A stretch of DNA of 64,000 nucleotides from Bacteroidales bacterium. Lineage in GTDB: Bacteria > Bacteroidota > Bacteroidia > Bacteroidales > VadinHA17. The notes beneath the pieces were generated by a model. It was not told the origin of the DNA. It worked only from the letters and a program-made list of their open reading frames with translations, and did not search any database. The stretch lies in the NCBI GenBank assembly GCA_038248855.1, contig JBBRXA010000002.1, positions 45,060 to 109,059 of the forward strand, in the 5' to 3' direction. Within the stretch, counting starts at the first letter, position 1; each line of letters starts with the position of its first letter. The position numbers and the translations under genes were made by a program. This document shows positions 8,992-16,637 of the stretch, in pieces.

Positions 8992-10707
8992 TTAAAGAAG
9001 CACATCCCTTTTCACAAAGTGAGTAAGAAAGAGCTTCATATCAGCCAGTTCGTCATTTTCCCTGAAGACCTTTTCGTAAAGCGTGCTTATGGAAGCTGAT
9101 TTTTCAGGGCTTCTGACAGCCTCCTGCTCATCGGAGAGATATACGTATTTCGACCTCTGGCGTACTGCCTCCTTCGACCCTGCGGGGATCATTCCGCCGC
9201 CGTTGACGCAACCACCGGGACAGGTCATTACCTCGACAAGGTCATACAGGGCGCCGCCTCCCGGCATCTGCCTCAGTTTTTCAATCCCGGGCAATCCGTC
9301 TATTACTGCCACGGAGTATTCAGTGCCCCCTATAATCACTGTCACCTCCCTGAAGGAACCTGACTGGCGAAGTTTTTTAAACATCTGCTTCTCGGCCTCC
9401 TTTTCGCCTGTCCTGGCCATAAGGGAGCGAAGCACTGATTCGGCAATCCCTCCCGAGGTCTCGGCAAGGAGTGCCGCTGAGCTTCTTGATGACATGGGAT
9501 CGTCAGCTGCCTCAGGGTCAATATTTGAAATATCGATGCCGTATAGCCCGATGAGCCTGGAAAGCTCTCTGACTGTAAGTACTGTATCAATATCACTTAT
9601 ACCCTTTCGCGTCATGCTGTCACGTCTGGCTTCGAACTTCATGGCTGTGCAGGGAGAAACAGATACGGTATAGACCCGTGATTTTTCCTTGCTGGTAACA
9701 ACAGCTGATTTTATGATGGCACCTGTAATTTGCTGTGGCGTTTTCAGGGGAGAGAGATACTGGAGCAGATCAGGATAGACCTGTTCGCAGTGTTTTACCC
9801 ATGCAGGGCAGGCAGACACTATTAGCGGTCTATTTCCGTTGCCGGCTTTGTTCGCAGCAACTGCGTCAGTCAGCTCCCTGATAAGGATGTCAGTTCCCGT
9901 TCCCGAAAGGAATATCTTATCGAAACCTATCTTGCGCAGAACAGCATTCAGCACGCGGTCAAAGTCGCGGACATACTTGATGCCCATCTCTTCTGCAAGT
10001 GCGTACGGCACGAGGGGGCTGTACTGGATGACCCTGATAACGTCACTCTTGCTGAGGTGCTCCTGGACCTCGGAGATATAATGTTTCTCATGCAGGGCAC
10101 CCGTGGGGCAGACCAGCACACACTGTCCGCAGTGGATGCAGCTTGAGAAGTTCAGGTCGCGGTCCATTGCCGGCCCTACGTGTGTAGAGCGGCCGCGGCC
10201 GATAAAGTCTATTGATCTGGCCGTTATCACCTCTTCGCAGACTCTGATGCATCTTCCGCAGAGAATGCATTTCGAGAGCTCTCGGACAATGGCAGGACTC
10301 GATTGGTCACGGCGCGGTTTGATCTTGCTGCTGCGTATGCGCCGCTCTCTTACCTGCAGCTGGTCTGACAGCTTCTGTAATTCACAGTCCAGATTACGGT
10401 CACAGTAAAGACAGTCGTCAGGATGGTTGGAGAGCAGCAGTTCTACTATCGTTTTGCGGGCCCTTATCACGCGCGGCGAGTGAGTCCTGATTTTCATCCA
10501 TTCCTCCACCGGAGCTGAACAGGCAGTTACAAGCCGGTCCTTTCCCTCCACCTCCACGACACACATCCTGCAGGCTCCGGTAGGTGTAAACTCGGCCATT
10601 CGGCAAAGTGTGGGTATCATTATCCCGTTACGGTTAAGCGCCGAGAGGATAGTTTCTCCCTTCTCTGCCTTGATGCTCCTGCTATTTACTTCTATTGTGA
10701 ACTGCAT
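8992..10707 (-). CDS. hydA: [FeFe]-hydrogenase large subunit (HydA-like, HydABC-type) with non-canonical H-cluster motifs
   Basis: N-terminal 2Fe-2S domain (CRMAEF..GACRMC), HPDDCLYCDRNLDC, two 4Fe-4S motifs (CILCGRCIRVC, CIHCGQCVLVCP), and an H-domain with VSACPAW, SPCTAMKFE and EVMTCPGGCVNGGG. C-terminal SSU-like ISTLYEKVF. Confidence 0.85.
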   Translation of the reverse strand: MQFTIEVNSRSIKAEKGETILSALNRNGIMIPTLCRMAEFTPTGACRMCVVEVEGKDRLVTACSAPVEEWMKIRTHSPRVIRARKTIVELLLSNHPDDCLYCDRNLDCELQKLSDQLQVRERRIRSSKIKPRRDQSSPAIVRELSKCILCGRCIRVCEEVITARSIDFIGRGRSTHVGPAMDRDLNFSSCIHCGQCVLVCPTGALHEKHYISEVQEHLSKSDVIRVIQYSPLVPYALAEEMGIKYVRDFDRVLNAVLRKIGFDKIFLSGTGTDILIRELTDAVAANKAGNGNRPLIVSACPAWVKHCEQVYPDLLQYLSPLKTPQQITGAIIKSAVVTSKEKSRVYTVSVSPCTAMKFEARRDSMTRKGISDIDTVLTVRELSRLIGLYGIDISNIDPEAADDPMSSRSSAALLAETSGGIAESVLRSLMARTGEKEAEKQMFKKLRQSGSFREVTVIIGGTEYSVAVIDGLPGIEKLRQMPGGGALYDLVEVMTCPGGCVNGGGMIPAGSKEAVRQRSKYVYLSDEQEAVRSPEKSASISTLYEKVFRENDELADMKLFLTHFVKRDVLL

Positions 10708-10711
10708 AGGC

Positions 10712-12661
10712 TTATTTTACTGAGATGGCGCTGAACTTGCAGATATCAAAACAGATCCCGCAGCCGATGCATTTGTCATCCACGATGAAGAAAGGCTGGA
10801 GACGGGTTCCGTAGATCGCATTTGTTGGGCATTTTGATGCGCAGGCTGTGCACCCGGTACATTTATCGACATCGATGGAGAAGGTCCGCAGACCCCTGCA
10901 GACGTTAGCCCTGCACCGGCGGTCGAATATATGCTCTTCAAACTCCTCACGGTAGTTGTTGAGGGCGCTTATGAAAGGATTGGGAGCTGTCTGCCCCAGG
11001 CCGCAAAGGGATGTATCCTTCATCACTGAGGCAATAGTCTCGAGCTGCATCACTCCCTTGAATCTCTCAAGGGTGGCATTGGAGTCTTCGGAATGGGGTT
11101 TGCGTATGACATTCTCGAGTATCTCGAGCATGCGCCCTGTGCCCTCGCGGCAGGGGATGCACTTTCCGCAGCTCTCATTATGTATGAAACCCATATAATA
11201 CCTGACCAGGTCTACCATACATGTGGTGTCATCGACAATCACCAATCCGCCTGATCCCATTGCGGTGCCTGCCTCCCGCAACGCTTCATAGTCGACGGGA
11301 ATGTCAAGGTTCTTTTCAGTAAGGAAGGTTCCTGACGGCCCGCCTATCTGAAGGGTCTTGAAGGCGCGTCCTTCCTTAATACCGTCAGCAATACCCTCGA
11401 TAATAGTTCTGAAGGTGGTGCCCATCTCCACCTCCACCAGGCCAATAAGCCTTCCGCGCCCTGCTATCGAAAAGAGTTTTGTGCCCTTGCTCCCTTCGGT
11501 TCCCATGCTGCGGAACCATTCAGGACCGTGTTCCATAATAAGCGGCACATTCATCAGGGTTTCCACATTATTGATGACTGTGGGCTTGCCGTAAAGACCG
11601 CTGGTAGTCGGATAAGGAGGCTTGAGTTCAGGCATCCCTCGTTTACCCTCCAGGCTCCCGATCAGGGCGGTTTCCTCTCCGCATACGAAAGCTCCTGCCT
11701 CATTGCGGATAATAATCTCCAGGTTAAAGCCGCTGGAAAAAATATTGTGGCCTGTAAGGCCGTAGTCGCGGGCCGCCTCCAGGGCTCTTTCAAGTTTTTC
11801 AAGTGAATGGACAGCCCCCGCTTTGAGGAAGATTATGGCTGTGGATGAGCCTACGGCATATGATGCGATACAGATGCCTTCGATCAGCCTGTGGGGGTCA
11901 CCCTCAAGAACGGTCCTGTCAGTATATGCCCCCGGATCACTCTCCTTGGCGTTGCAGATCAGATATCTGTTATCAGATGAAGCATTGAGGGCGTACTTCC
12001 ACTTCAGTCCTGTTTTGAAACCTCCGCCGCTGCGACCCCGCAATCCGCTCTTTTCAATGATGTCACAAACCTCTTCAAATGTGTAGTTCCGGACGGTTTT
12101 GAGAAACTGCAGGTAGCCGCCGCGCGCAATATACTCCTCGATGCTGCAGGGATCATAGCACCCGCAGTTGCTGAGGATAACCCTTTTCTGCAGCCTGAAC
12201 CACGGAATCTCATTTATGAAGGGGATTCCCTGCCACGCTTCGAAGCCAGTATTCCCGTCCTGCGCAACCAGATCCTCCTCAGGCATATCATTGTGGAAGA
12301 CGCCATTCAGGAGTGACTCGACCTTGTCTTCGGTTATGTTTCTGAATATGAGCTTATTCTTGCCGGGCAGATGGATACAGACAATAGGTTCGAAGGAGGC
12401 GGGACCGTGGCAGCCGACCCTGACAACCTCGGCTTTAATATCCAGGTCGGTGAGATACTCTTCTATGGCTCCTGCGCTTTTCAGTGCTCCCGAGATAACC
12501 GCTGCTGTGCCTGTATTGACGTATATTACGGGTTTAGAGGGTTTTTCACGCCGTATTTCCGACAACCTTTTCTTAGTCTCGGGCTTAAGGGTATCGGAAT
12601 GATGTTTAAGTACCTCCTCAATCAGGAACTTCCTGACACCGCTTACGGGGTTTTCTTTCAT
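10712..12661 (-). CDS. hydB: NuoF-like NAD(P)H/FMN-binding hydrogenase subunit (HydB-type)
   Basis: LRGRSGGGFKTGLKWK (FMN/NADH site), ESCGKCIPCREGT (N3-type 4Fe-4S), and C-terminal 2x4Fe-4S (CTGCTACASKCP, CIGCGICFDIC). 649 aa. Confidence 0.9.
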   Translation of the reverse strand: MKENPVSGVRKFLIEEVLKHHSDTLKPETKKRLSEIRREKPSKPVIYVNTGTAAVISGALKSAGAIEEYLTDLDIKAEVVRVGCHGPASFEPIVCIHLPGKNKLIFRNITEDKVESLLNGVFHNDMPEEDLVAQDGNTGFEAWQGIPFINEIPWFRLQKRVILSNCGCYDPCSIEEYIARGGYLQFLKTVRNYTFEEVCDIIEKSGLRGRSGGGFKTGLKWKYALNASSDNRYLICNAKESDPGAYTDRTVLEGDPHRLIEGICIASYAVGSSTAIIFLKAGAVHSLEKLERALEAARDYGLTGHNIFSSGFNLEIIIRNEAGAFVCGEETALIGSLEGKRGMPELKPPYPTTSGLYGKPTVINNVETLMNVPLIMEHGPEWFRSMGTEGSKGTKLFSIAGRGRLIGLVEVEMGTTFRTIIEGIADGIKEGRAFKTLQIGGPSGTFLTEKNLDIPVDYEALREAGTAMGSGGLVIVDDTTCMVDLVRYYMGFIHNESCGKCIPCREGTGRMLEILENVIRKPHSEDSNATLERFKGVMQLETIASVMKDTSLCGLGQTAPNPFISALNNYREEFEEHIFDRRCRANVCRGLRTFSIDVDKCTGCTACASKCPTNAIYGTRLQPFFIVDDKCIGCGICFDICKFSAISVK

Positions 12662-13134
12662 TGGAGATCCGCTAAGGTTTTGAGTTTCCTGACCATCTCA
12701 GGAATATCTTCAGATCTGAGATGAGAATAGTAGTCATCTCCCACTTTTATGACGGGGCCTTCATTGCATCCGCCCATGCAGGCGGTGAGCTCGAAGCTGA
12801 ACCGACCATCACGGGTTGTCTGACCCGGATCAGTGCCAAAAGCCTCCTTCACAGCGTTAATGATTGGTGTGGAACCGTTTATAAAACAGGTAGTTCCGTT
12901 ACATATCCGCAGGTGTACCTTTCCGAAGGGAACAAACCTGAACTGGTCATAAAAAGTGGCCAGCCCGTATATTTTGGTGGTTGACATACCCAGGAAACTT
13001 CCAATTTTTACTATTGCTTCCTCAGGTATAAAACCCTCTTCAGCCTGGACCTCCTGGAGGATCGGGATGAGATTGTCATGACTTCCTGACCGGTAACGCC
13101 TGAGTATATCTTCTATATTGCTCATTATGATCAA
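12658..13134 (-). CDS. hydC: NuoE-like thioredoxin-fold [2Fe-2S] hydrogenase subunit (HydC-type)
   Basis: CNGTTC ... CMGGCNEGPV cysteine pattern. 158 aa. 4-nt overlap with the hydB start. Confidence 0.9.
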   Translation of the reverse strand: MIIMSNIEDILRRYRSGSHDNLIPILQEVQAEEGFIPEEAIVKIGSFLGMSTTKIYGLATFYDQFRFVPFGKVHLRICNGTTCFINGSTPIINAVKEAFGTDPGQTTRDGRFSFELTACMGGCNEGPVIKVGDDYYSHLRSEDIPEMVRKLKTLADLQ

Positions 13135-13153
13135 TAATGATATGTGATAAGGA

Positions 13154-13161
13154 CAAAAATA
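13154..13161 (-). promoter_or_regulatory. Candidate -7 box (TATTTTTG on the minus strand) for the hydCBA... operon
   Basis: TAnnTTTG match about 20 nt upstream of the hydC ATG at 13134. Confidence 0.3.
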
Positions 13162-13188
13162 ATGAATCTTATTGTTAATTCAAAAACA

Positions 13189-13206
13189 TTGTTATTTAAT
13201 TAACAA
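13189..13206. promoter_or_regulatory. Candidate Rex operator (TTGTTATTTAATTAACAA)
   Basis: 18-bp near-perfect palindrome, TTGTTA-N6-TAACAA, in the divergent promoter region. It matches the TTGTTAA-N4-TTAACAA Rex consensus at 13 of 14 specified positions. A weaker half-site-like TTGTTAATTCAAAAACAT lies directly upstream (13172-13189). Confidence 0.5.
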
Positions 13207-13256
13207 CAAATGTATGATATGTAACCGTTCATTGACCGGGCAGATGAAAATTATTG

Positions 13257-13264
13257 TATTTTTG
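13257..13264 (+). promoter_or_regulatory. Candidate -7 box (TATTTTTG) for the fdx-hydS-PP2C operon
   Basis: TAnnTTTG match 28 nt upstream of the TTG start at 13292. Confidence 0.3.
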
Positions 13265-13291
13265 TTAAGACAAGACTAGCAAAACAGGTAA

Positions 13292-13549
13292 TTGAAACAG
13301 TCGTTTGAGATAGAAATATGCCTTGGCAGCTCCTGCTTCTCAAGGGGAAACAGGGAGGCAGTGCAGCTAATCAGGGAGTATCTGCGCAAGAACCACCTTG
13401 ATGACAAAGTTATGTTCAAGGGCGCCCGGTGCCTGAACCGGTGCGATGAGGGGCCTTTTATAATTATCAACGGCAAGACCTTCGAACAGTCAGGCATTCA
13501 GGATCTGGAAAAGCTTCTTGAGCAGGAGTTTTCAGAGCTGAACAGGTGA
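13292..13549 (+). CDS. Small thioredoxin-like [2Fe-2S] ferredoxin-domain protein
   Basis: 85 aa with a CLGSSC ... CLNRC cysteine pattern (Cx4C...Cx3C, as in the NuoE/HydC fold). The ORF can only start at TTG 13292 because an in-frame TAA lies immediately upstream. Confidence 0.65.
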   Translation: MKQSFEIEICLGSSCFSRGNREAVQLIREYLRKNHLDDKVMFKGARCLNRCDEGPFIIINGKTFEQSGIQDLEKLLEQEFSELNR

Positions 13550-13564
13550 TAAAAACGAGACTTT

Positions 13565-15451
13565 ATGAATGAGAAAGACCAGGTAATATATATCAACGAG
13601 GAGAAGTGCAGAAATTCCTACTCATGTGTGAGAGTCTGCCCGGTCAATGCCATTGAAGTCAAACCGGAACGCCAGCATCCCCTGGTAATTGCTGACCGTT
13701 GCATCGGTTGTGGACTCTGTTTTCTTTCCTGTTCTCCGCGGGCCATCGAGTTCAGGAATTCCATCGGAAATGTCACAAAAATCCTGAAGTCTCCGCGCAA
13801 GTCCGCCGCCCTCATCGCACCGAGTATCGCCTCGGAGTTTGATGACATAACCGATTACCGCAAGCTGGTTGGCATGATACGGCAGCTCGGGTTTACCTAT
13901 GTGCACGAGGTGTCATTCGGCGTAGATCTTGTAGCTCACGCTTACAAGCAGCTTTTTGAAGAGGCGCACGGCAAATATTATATCACTGCCAACTGCCCTT
14001 CAATAGTGGAAATGATTGAGAAATATCACCCGGGACTGGTTCCCAATCTTGCCCCCATCATTTCACCTATGGTGGCGACTGCCAGGCTTACGCGAGATCT
14101 CTACGGGGATGATGTTGCAAATGTGTTTATAGGGCCGTGCATTGACTCAAAGGAAGAGGCTGCTCTTTACAAGGACAGGCTGATAGAAGGAGTCCTGACC
14201 TTTATCGAGCTGCGCCAGCTGTTTGATGAATCCGAAATACAGGAGAAGGGCGTAAAAATGTCCGAATTCGACCCTCCTCTCGGAAACTGGGGTGCCCTTT
14301 ACCCCTATCCTGCCGGAATCCTGCAGGCCGCCGGCATAAAACGCGATCTCGTCTCGAGCCACGTGATTACAGCTTCAGGTGCGGAGGATGTCAGGGAAGC
14401 CATTAAGGACTTTGACCACCACATTGACACTATCAGGCACCATTTTAACCTCTTTTTCTGCCAGGGGTGTCTTCTGGGCCCGGGAATGCTGAGGCACGAC
14501 GAGCGTTTCCGGCGGCGTTCACTTGTAAAACAGTACGCCGAACGGAGAGTAGCAGCCCTGGACAAGGAACAGTGGAACAAGGACATGAAACGGTGGTCAG
14601 CGCTGGACCTCACCAGAACTTTCACCGTAAATGATCAGCGAATACCCGAACCACCGGAAGAGGCTGTAAATGAGGTCCTTAAAATAATCGGGAAAGACCG
14701 GAAATCCGAGGAACTCAACTGCAACGCCTGCGGTTACGGCTCATGCCGTGCTTTTGCTTCAACGGTGGCAATGGGGCTGGCGGTGCCGGAGATGTGCCAC
14801 ACCTACAATCTAAGGAACAAACAGGAATATATCGAGACTCTCAGGCAAACAAACCGGAAACTCTCGGAGACAAAAAAGGCTCTGAAGGAATCCGAAGAGC
14901 AGGCTATGCGTGAGAAGGATACGGCGCAGAATGCTTCGGAGACTATGAACAGCATGCTGAACAAGCTGCCCAACGGGGTGGTGATAGTTGACAATGATCT
15001 CAAGATACTTCATTCGAACGAAAGTTTCCTGAATATTATAGGCGAGGATGCCCGGGCGATTGCAGATATTATCCCCGGCCTTCGGGGGGCCGACCTGAAG
15101 ACCCTGCTCCCTTTCAATGTATACAATATCTTTTCTTTCGTCCTCAAGGAGAATGAGTCAGTCATAAGCCGTGATGTGCAGCTGGAAGACCGTATGTTCA
15201 ACATATCCATCTTTCCGATACGCCAGAACAAGATAGCCGGTGCGGTAATCCGCGACCTCTTCTCGCCCGAGGTGCAACGCGAGGAAGTCATAGTAAGGGT
15301 GTCTGACGTGATCGACAAAAACCTCGAGATGGTCCAGAAAATAGGCTTTCTCCTCGGCGAAGGAGCTGCCGAAACGGAACAGATGCTGAACTCAATTGTT
15401 GAATCGTTCCGTCAGAAGAAGGAAACTCAGAAGGGCAAGAATGAGCAGTGA
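13565..15451 (+). CDS. hydS: Sensory [FeFe]-hydrogenase-like protein with C-terminal PAS domain (HydS-type)
   Basis: 2x4Fe-4S (CRNSYSCVRVCP, CIGCGLCFLSC). H-domain-like TANCPSIV, GPCIDSKEE and LFFCQGCLLGPGM. CNAC-X4-C-X16-C motif. A coiled linker, then a PAS-like segment (LPNGVVIVDNDLKILHSNESFLNIIG). Confidence 0.85.
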   Translation: MNEKDQVIYINEEKCRNSYSCVRVCPVNAIEVKPERQHPLVIADRCIGCGLCFLSCSPRAIEFRNSIGNVTKILKSPRKSAALIAPSIASEFDDITDYRKLVGMIRQLGFTYVHEVSFGVDLVAHAYKQLFEEAHGKYYITANCPSIVEMIEKYHPGLVPNLAPIISPMVATARLTRDLYGDDVANVFIGPCIDSKEEAALYKDRLIEGVLTFIELRQLFDESEIQEKGVKMSEFDPPLGNWGALYPYPAGILQAAGIKRDLVSSHVITASGAEDVREAIKDFDHHIDTIRHHFNLFFCQGCLLGPGMLRHDERFRRRSLVKQYAERRVAALDKEQWNKDMKRWSALDLTRTFTVNDQRIPEPPEEAVNEVLKIIGKDRKSEELNCNACGYGSCRAFASTVAMGLAVPEMCHTYNLRNKQEYIETLRQTNRKLSETKKALKESEEQAMREKDTAQNASETMNSMLNKLPNGVVIVDNDLKILHSNESFLNIIGEDARAIADIIPGLRGADLKTLLPFNVYNIFSFVLKENESVISRDVQLEDRMFNISIFPIRQNKIAGAVIRDLFSPEVQREEVIVRVSDVIDKNLEMVQKIGFLLGEGAAETEQMLNSIVESFRQKKETQKGKNEQ

Positions 15452-16637
15452 AATGGATAGGGATTTCTTCATAGAGGTCAACAGTCAGCAGAGAAACCAT
15501 TACGGCGAACGCATATGCGGCGATGTCTTCATCTCAAGGAATGTGCGTGAGGAGAACCGTATAGTTGCAGTACTGTCTGACGGAATGGGCCACGGGGTGA
15601 AGGCAAATATCCTTGCCACCCTGACCTCAACAATGGCCCTCAATTTTACCCGTGAGCACAAGGAGCCTGACAGGATTGCGGAAATAATAATGAATACACT
15701 TCCCGTCTGCTCGGTGAGGAAGATCAGTTATGCAACCTTCACCATAGTCGACATTGAAAGTGACGGCAGGGCCAACATACTTGAATATGACAATCCGCAG
15801 TGCATAATTCTCAGGGGAAATCAGCCATTTGACCCTGACTGGAAGGATGTCATGCTGGATAAGGGTAAGAATGCAGGAAAGAAGCTTCGCAAATGCTCAT
15901 TTTATCCTGCAAAAGAGGACAGGATAATAATGCTTTCCGACGGTGTGGCCCAGAGCGGTATGGGCAGCAATGCCTGGCCCCTGGGATGGGAACGTGACAG
16001 TGTAATGCAGTACGCACTCTCACTTGTCACCGGAGAGTCTTCGATATCGGCGCACAACCTCGCGGGAAAGATCGTTACAATGGCTTATAAATATGATAGT
16101 TATGAGGCTAAAGACGATATTTCCTGTGCCATACTGTACTTCAGGGAACCCCGCAGGCTGCTGCTGTGCACAGGCCCGCCGTTTGACGAATTGAAAGACA
16201 AAGAGCTCTCTGCCAGGGTCGCAGGTTATGACGGCAAGGTAATACTCTGCGGAGGAACCACTGCCGATATAGTAGCACGCGAACTGAAACGGAAAATTGT
16301 CGACGAGCTGATTTTTGAGGACCCTGACCTGCCACCTGAAAGTTTCATGGAAGGCATTGACCTTGTCACCGAAGGAATACTCACACTGCAAAAAGTCAAC
16401 GAGATACTGAAGAGTTACAACAACAGCGTCAGGATTGGAAAAGGTCCTGCAGACAAGATCGTAAAACTGATAATGGAGAGCGATGAGATCAATTTCTTCG
16501 TCGGTACAAGAATAAATGTCGCTCACCAGGACCCGACCCTTCCCGTCGACCTCGAAATACGCCGGACGGTTGTAAAGCGTATAGCCAGGATCCTCGAGGA
16601 TAAATGGCTTAAACTTGTCAGTGTCGAGTATATCTGA
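15441..16637 (+). CDS. PP2C/SpoIIE-family serine phosphatase with an extra C-terminal domain
   Basis: CGDVF...VLSDGMGHGVKA...MLSDGV motifs. I chose ATG 15441 (11-nt overlap with the hydS stop) over the ORF-track start at 15396. Residues after about 250 form a separate conserved-looking domain. Confidence 0.8.
   Translation: MSSEMDRDFFIEVNSQQRNHYGERICGDVFISRNVREENRIVAVLSDGMGHGVKANILATLTSTMALNFTREHKEPDRIAEIIMNTLPVCSVRKISYATFTIVDIESDGRANILEYDNPQCIILRGNQPFDPDWKDVMLDKGKNAGKKLRKCSFYPAKEDRIIMLSDGVAQSGMGSNAWPLGWERDSVMQYALSLVTGESSISAHNLAGKIVTMAYKYDSYEAKDDISCAILYFREPRRLLLCTGPPFDELKDKELSARVAGYDGKVILCGGTTADIVARELKRKIVDELIFEDPDLPPESFMEGIDLVTEGILTLQKVNEILKSYNNSVRIGKGPADKIVKLIMESDEINFFVGTRINVAHQDPTLPVDLEIRRTVVKRIARILEDKWLKLVSVEYI

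Noticed and set aside
15396-15440. ORF-track N-terminal extensions (15396, 19437, 30362, 35250, 39114, 39120, 43016, 47920, 57028, 58705)
   Set aside because: Each extension overlaps an upstream gene, a terminator hairpin or a promoter region. Each lacks family-typical sequence, while an internal ATG or GTG gives a signal peptide or the canonical family N-terminus. I used the downstream starts instead.
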